A stretch of DNA of 64,000 bases from Bacteroides sp. (GTDB lineage Bacteria; Bacteroidota; Bacteroidia; Bacteroidales; Muribaculaceae), in the NCBI GenBank assembly GCA_023665145.1, contig JAMPEM010000004.1:25195-89194 (forward strand), in the 5' to 3' direction. Both the position numbers and the translations under genes were made by a program. This document shows positions 61,917 through 64,000 of this stretch, piece by piece (the first letter of the stretch is position 1; the number at the start of each line of letters is the position of its first letter). The notes beneath the pieces are model-generated. The model saw only the letters and a program-made list of their open reading frames with translations, did not search any database and was not told where the DNA came from.

Positions 61917-63587
61917 TTATGATTTCAAAAGTGATTTTGCATTCAATATTGCCGGACGATCTATCTTATCGGCAGATAAAATTCTCGCTATTTCCATTAC
62001 ACGTTCCTCTTCAGAGAGCCGTTTGAGGTTAGTATGGGTATCGGTTTCGGTATCCTCTTTATATACACGCATCTGGGTGGTAGCCTTCGCTGCTACTTGT
62101 GGCAAATGAGTCACTGTCACAAGTTGGATATTCCCGGCAAGTTCTCTCATCAAAAGCCCCATCTTGGATGCAATCTCTCCGGAAACACCGGAATCTATCT
62201 CATCAAATATCATCGTAGGCAGTTGCATGGATTGCGCCAATAATCCTTTGATACATAACATTAACCTCGATATTTCACCTCCTGACGCTATCTTGGAAAT
62301 CGGTTGCAAAGGACTATTTTTATTAAATGTACATTCAAATGATACAATATCCTGACCATACTTTCCAATCTTCCCTTTAGATATCACAACCTCAAATTGC
62401 AGATTCGGAAGACCCAATGGTACTGCCATCTCTTCTATTTTTCTTGAAAATTTTGCAGCTGCCTCTTTCCTTAATTGTGAAATATCTTCCGCCATATTTC
62501 GCAAATTAGATGCAAGAGATTGTGTCCGGTTTTCTAGTGCTTGTATTTCCGGATTAATCCCGTCTATAGCAAGCAAATCTTGCTGTAATTTTATGTGCAA
62601 TTCTATCAATTCCTCCGGGTCTTGACAATTGAACTTCTTGGTCACATGCCATATTTCATTCAGTCGTGTATCAAGTTTTTCTAATAATGCGGGATTTGAT
62701 TCTGTAGTATCTATAAATTCAGAAACGTTTCTTGATATGTCCGCAAGTTCAATTTCAATGTTTCTCAATCGATTTAATATCCGATTTTCACTCTTCTCAT
62801 TTCTTTGAAGAACTTCAATATCCACCCCCGACAAATCTTGTAGCACACCCCTAATCAACGACAGAATATTCTTATCCCCTGCTTCAAGTTTATCATAAGC
62901 AGCACTAAGTCCCATTGTCATTTCTTCAGATGTTGACAAGAGTCGGTACTGCCTCGATATACTCTCAAACTCATTCGGCTTCAAATCAAGTTGCTCAAGT
63001 TGCTCAAGCTTGAAAACTATCATCTCCTTATTTACCGTATTTTCCAAGCTTTTTCTCTTCAAATTTTTTAATTCCAAATGGCACTCACTGAACTCCTTGA
63101 AAAGTGAAGCATACTTATTCAAAATATCTGAATAATTGCCGGATGAATCGATAATATTTCTTTGATACGCCTGGTCAGACAACTGCAAATTACTATGCTG
63201 AGAATGTATATCAATCAGTCTTGGTCCAATTAAAGATAATATTGATAAAGTCACCGGAACATCATTGATAAACGCCCTGCTCCTACCGGATGTAAGAATC
63301 TCTCGTCGCATAATTATACCCTTATCATCCCAATCTATATCATACTCCTCAAAGACAGATTTTAACTGCTCATCCGGATTGGAAAATTCAGCCTCAATTA
63401 TAGCTTTTTCAGCTCCTCTTCTGATTACCTTTACATCCGAACGTCCGCCTTGAAGAAGCCCCATGGCTCCAAGTATTATTGACTTACCGGCCCCTGTCTC
63501 CCCCGTAATAGCTATAAATCCTGATGGAAAATCAACATCAAGCTCATCAATCAGTGCGTAATCCCTAACTTTTAAACGACTTAACAA
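61917..63587 (-). CDS. recN: DNA repair protein RecN
   Basis: ITGETGAGKSIILGA Walker A, long coiled coil, C-terminal ...SGGEISR... signature. Confidence 0.95.
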   Translation of the reverse strand: MLSRLKVRDYALIDELDVDFPSGFIAITGETGAGKSIILGAMGLLQGGRSDVKVIRRGAEKAIIEAEFSNPDEQLKSVFEEYDIDWDDKGIIMRREILTSGRSRAFINDVPVTLSILSLIGPRLIDIHSQHSNLQLSDQAYQRNIIDSSGNYSDILNKYASLFKEFSECHLELKNLKRKSLENTVNKEMIVFKLEQLEQLDLKPNEFESISRQYRLLSTSEEMTMGLSAAYDKLEAGDKNILSLIRGVLQDLSGVDIEVLQRNEKSENRILNRLRNIEIELADISRNVSEFIDTTESNPALLEKLDTRLNEIWHVTKKFNCQDPEELIELHIKLQQDLLAIDGINPEIQALENRTQSLASNLRNMAEDISQLRKEAAAKFSRKIEEMAVPLGLPNLQFEVVISKGKIGKYGQDIVSFECTFNKNSPLQPISKIASGGEISRLMLCIKGLLAQSMQLPTMIFDEIDSGVSGEIASKMGLLMRELAGNIQLVTVTHLPQVAAKATTQMRVYKEDTETDTHTNLKRLSEEERVMEIARILSADKIDRPAILNAKSLLKS

Positions 63588-63639
63588 TTTCTTAATATAT
63601 TAGAGTTCAACCTACTTGACAATATGCATCGATTCTTCG

Positions 63640-64000
63640 CTACTCATCATCTCCCCTATGAATCTTTGTCAGACGCTCATTATCCGTAGGATACACAGGT
63701 GACAACAAATCGTATGCTTTATCACGTTCTGTCTGTGGTGCCTTTGAATACAAATTCACAAGTTCATCAAGTTTACTGTCTCTAAAAATTGATAATATAA
63801 CAGACATAGGTGAATTCTTCTGAATCTTTTCCAATTCAATCAAAGACTCTGTAATTACAGATCTACCCTTATCAGGACTTGTCACCATCTCATCAAGGCC
63901 CTTTCGGTGATAATCATACATTAATTTCCTTATTCCGGATGTGTTGGGATCTGTATATGCCGAAAGTACAGCTGACCTGTTCTTTGTATCCTCAAACGTC
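63640..64000 (-). CDS. 3' part of a conserved hypothetical gene (DUF4835-like, commonly next to recN); 5' end beyond window edge
   Basis: Frame open upstream of ATG 63921 to the window end. Confidence 0.4.
   Translation of the reverse strand, partial: TFEDTKNRSAVLSAYTDPNTSGIRKLMYDYHRKGLDEMVTSPDKGRSVITESLIELEKIQKNSPMSVILSIFRDSKLDELVNLYSKAPQTERDKAYDLLSPVYPTDNERLTKIHRGDDE

Overview
This looks like a Bacteroidota (Bacteroidales-type) chromosomal segment. GC content is low, promoters are of the -33 TTTG / -7 TAnnTTTG type, two proteins carry T9SS C-terminal sorting domains, and there is DUF4290-murA-rimM synteny. The window is densely packed with about 55 housekeeping genes, including rarA, dus, ygiQ, uvrB, dnaE, cdsA, murA, rimM, class I fumarase, ctpA, trxB, ftsK, lepA, uvrA, udk, lptB, holA, mlaEF, coaE, yajC, nusB, rlmB and recN. 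It also holds one tRNA-Ala(GGC) gene with its own promoter and terminator. Three regions stand out as non-routine. The first is 6.5-10.1 kb, a co-directional module of a family-3 membrane acyltransferase, a MurF-like ligase whose N-terminal domain is replaced by about 5 TM helices, and an alpha/beta hydrolase. The second is 40.9-41.6 kb, an ORF interrupted by an in-frame TAG, lying immediately upstream of tRNA-Ala. The third is 48.3-50.8 kb, a truncated IS982-family transposase remnant carrying an in-frame TGA, next to an orphan T9SS cargo gene of unknown function. A promoter/terminator-bounded, ORF-free unit of about 160 nt at 56.75-56.95 kb is a candidate small RNA. I saw no CRISPR array, integrase or recognisable defence-system domains. 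Most of the window is ordinary core genome. All calls rest on reading the six-frame translations and the DNA by eye, with no database search.
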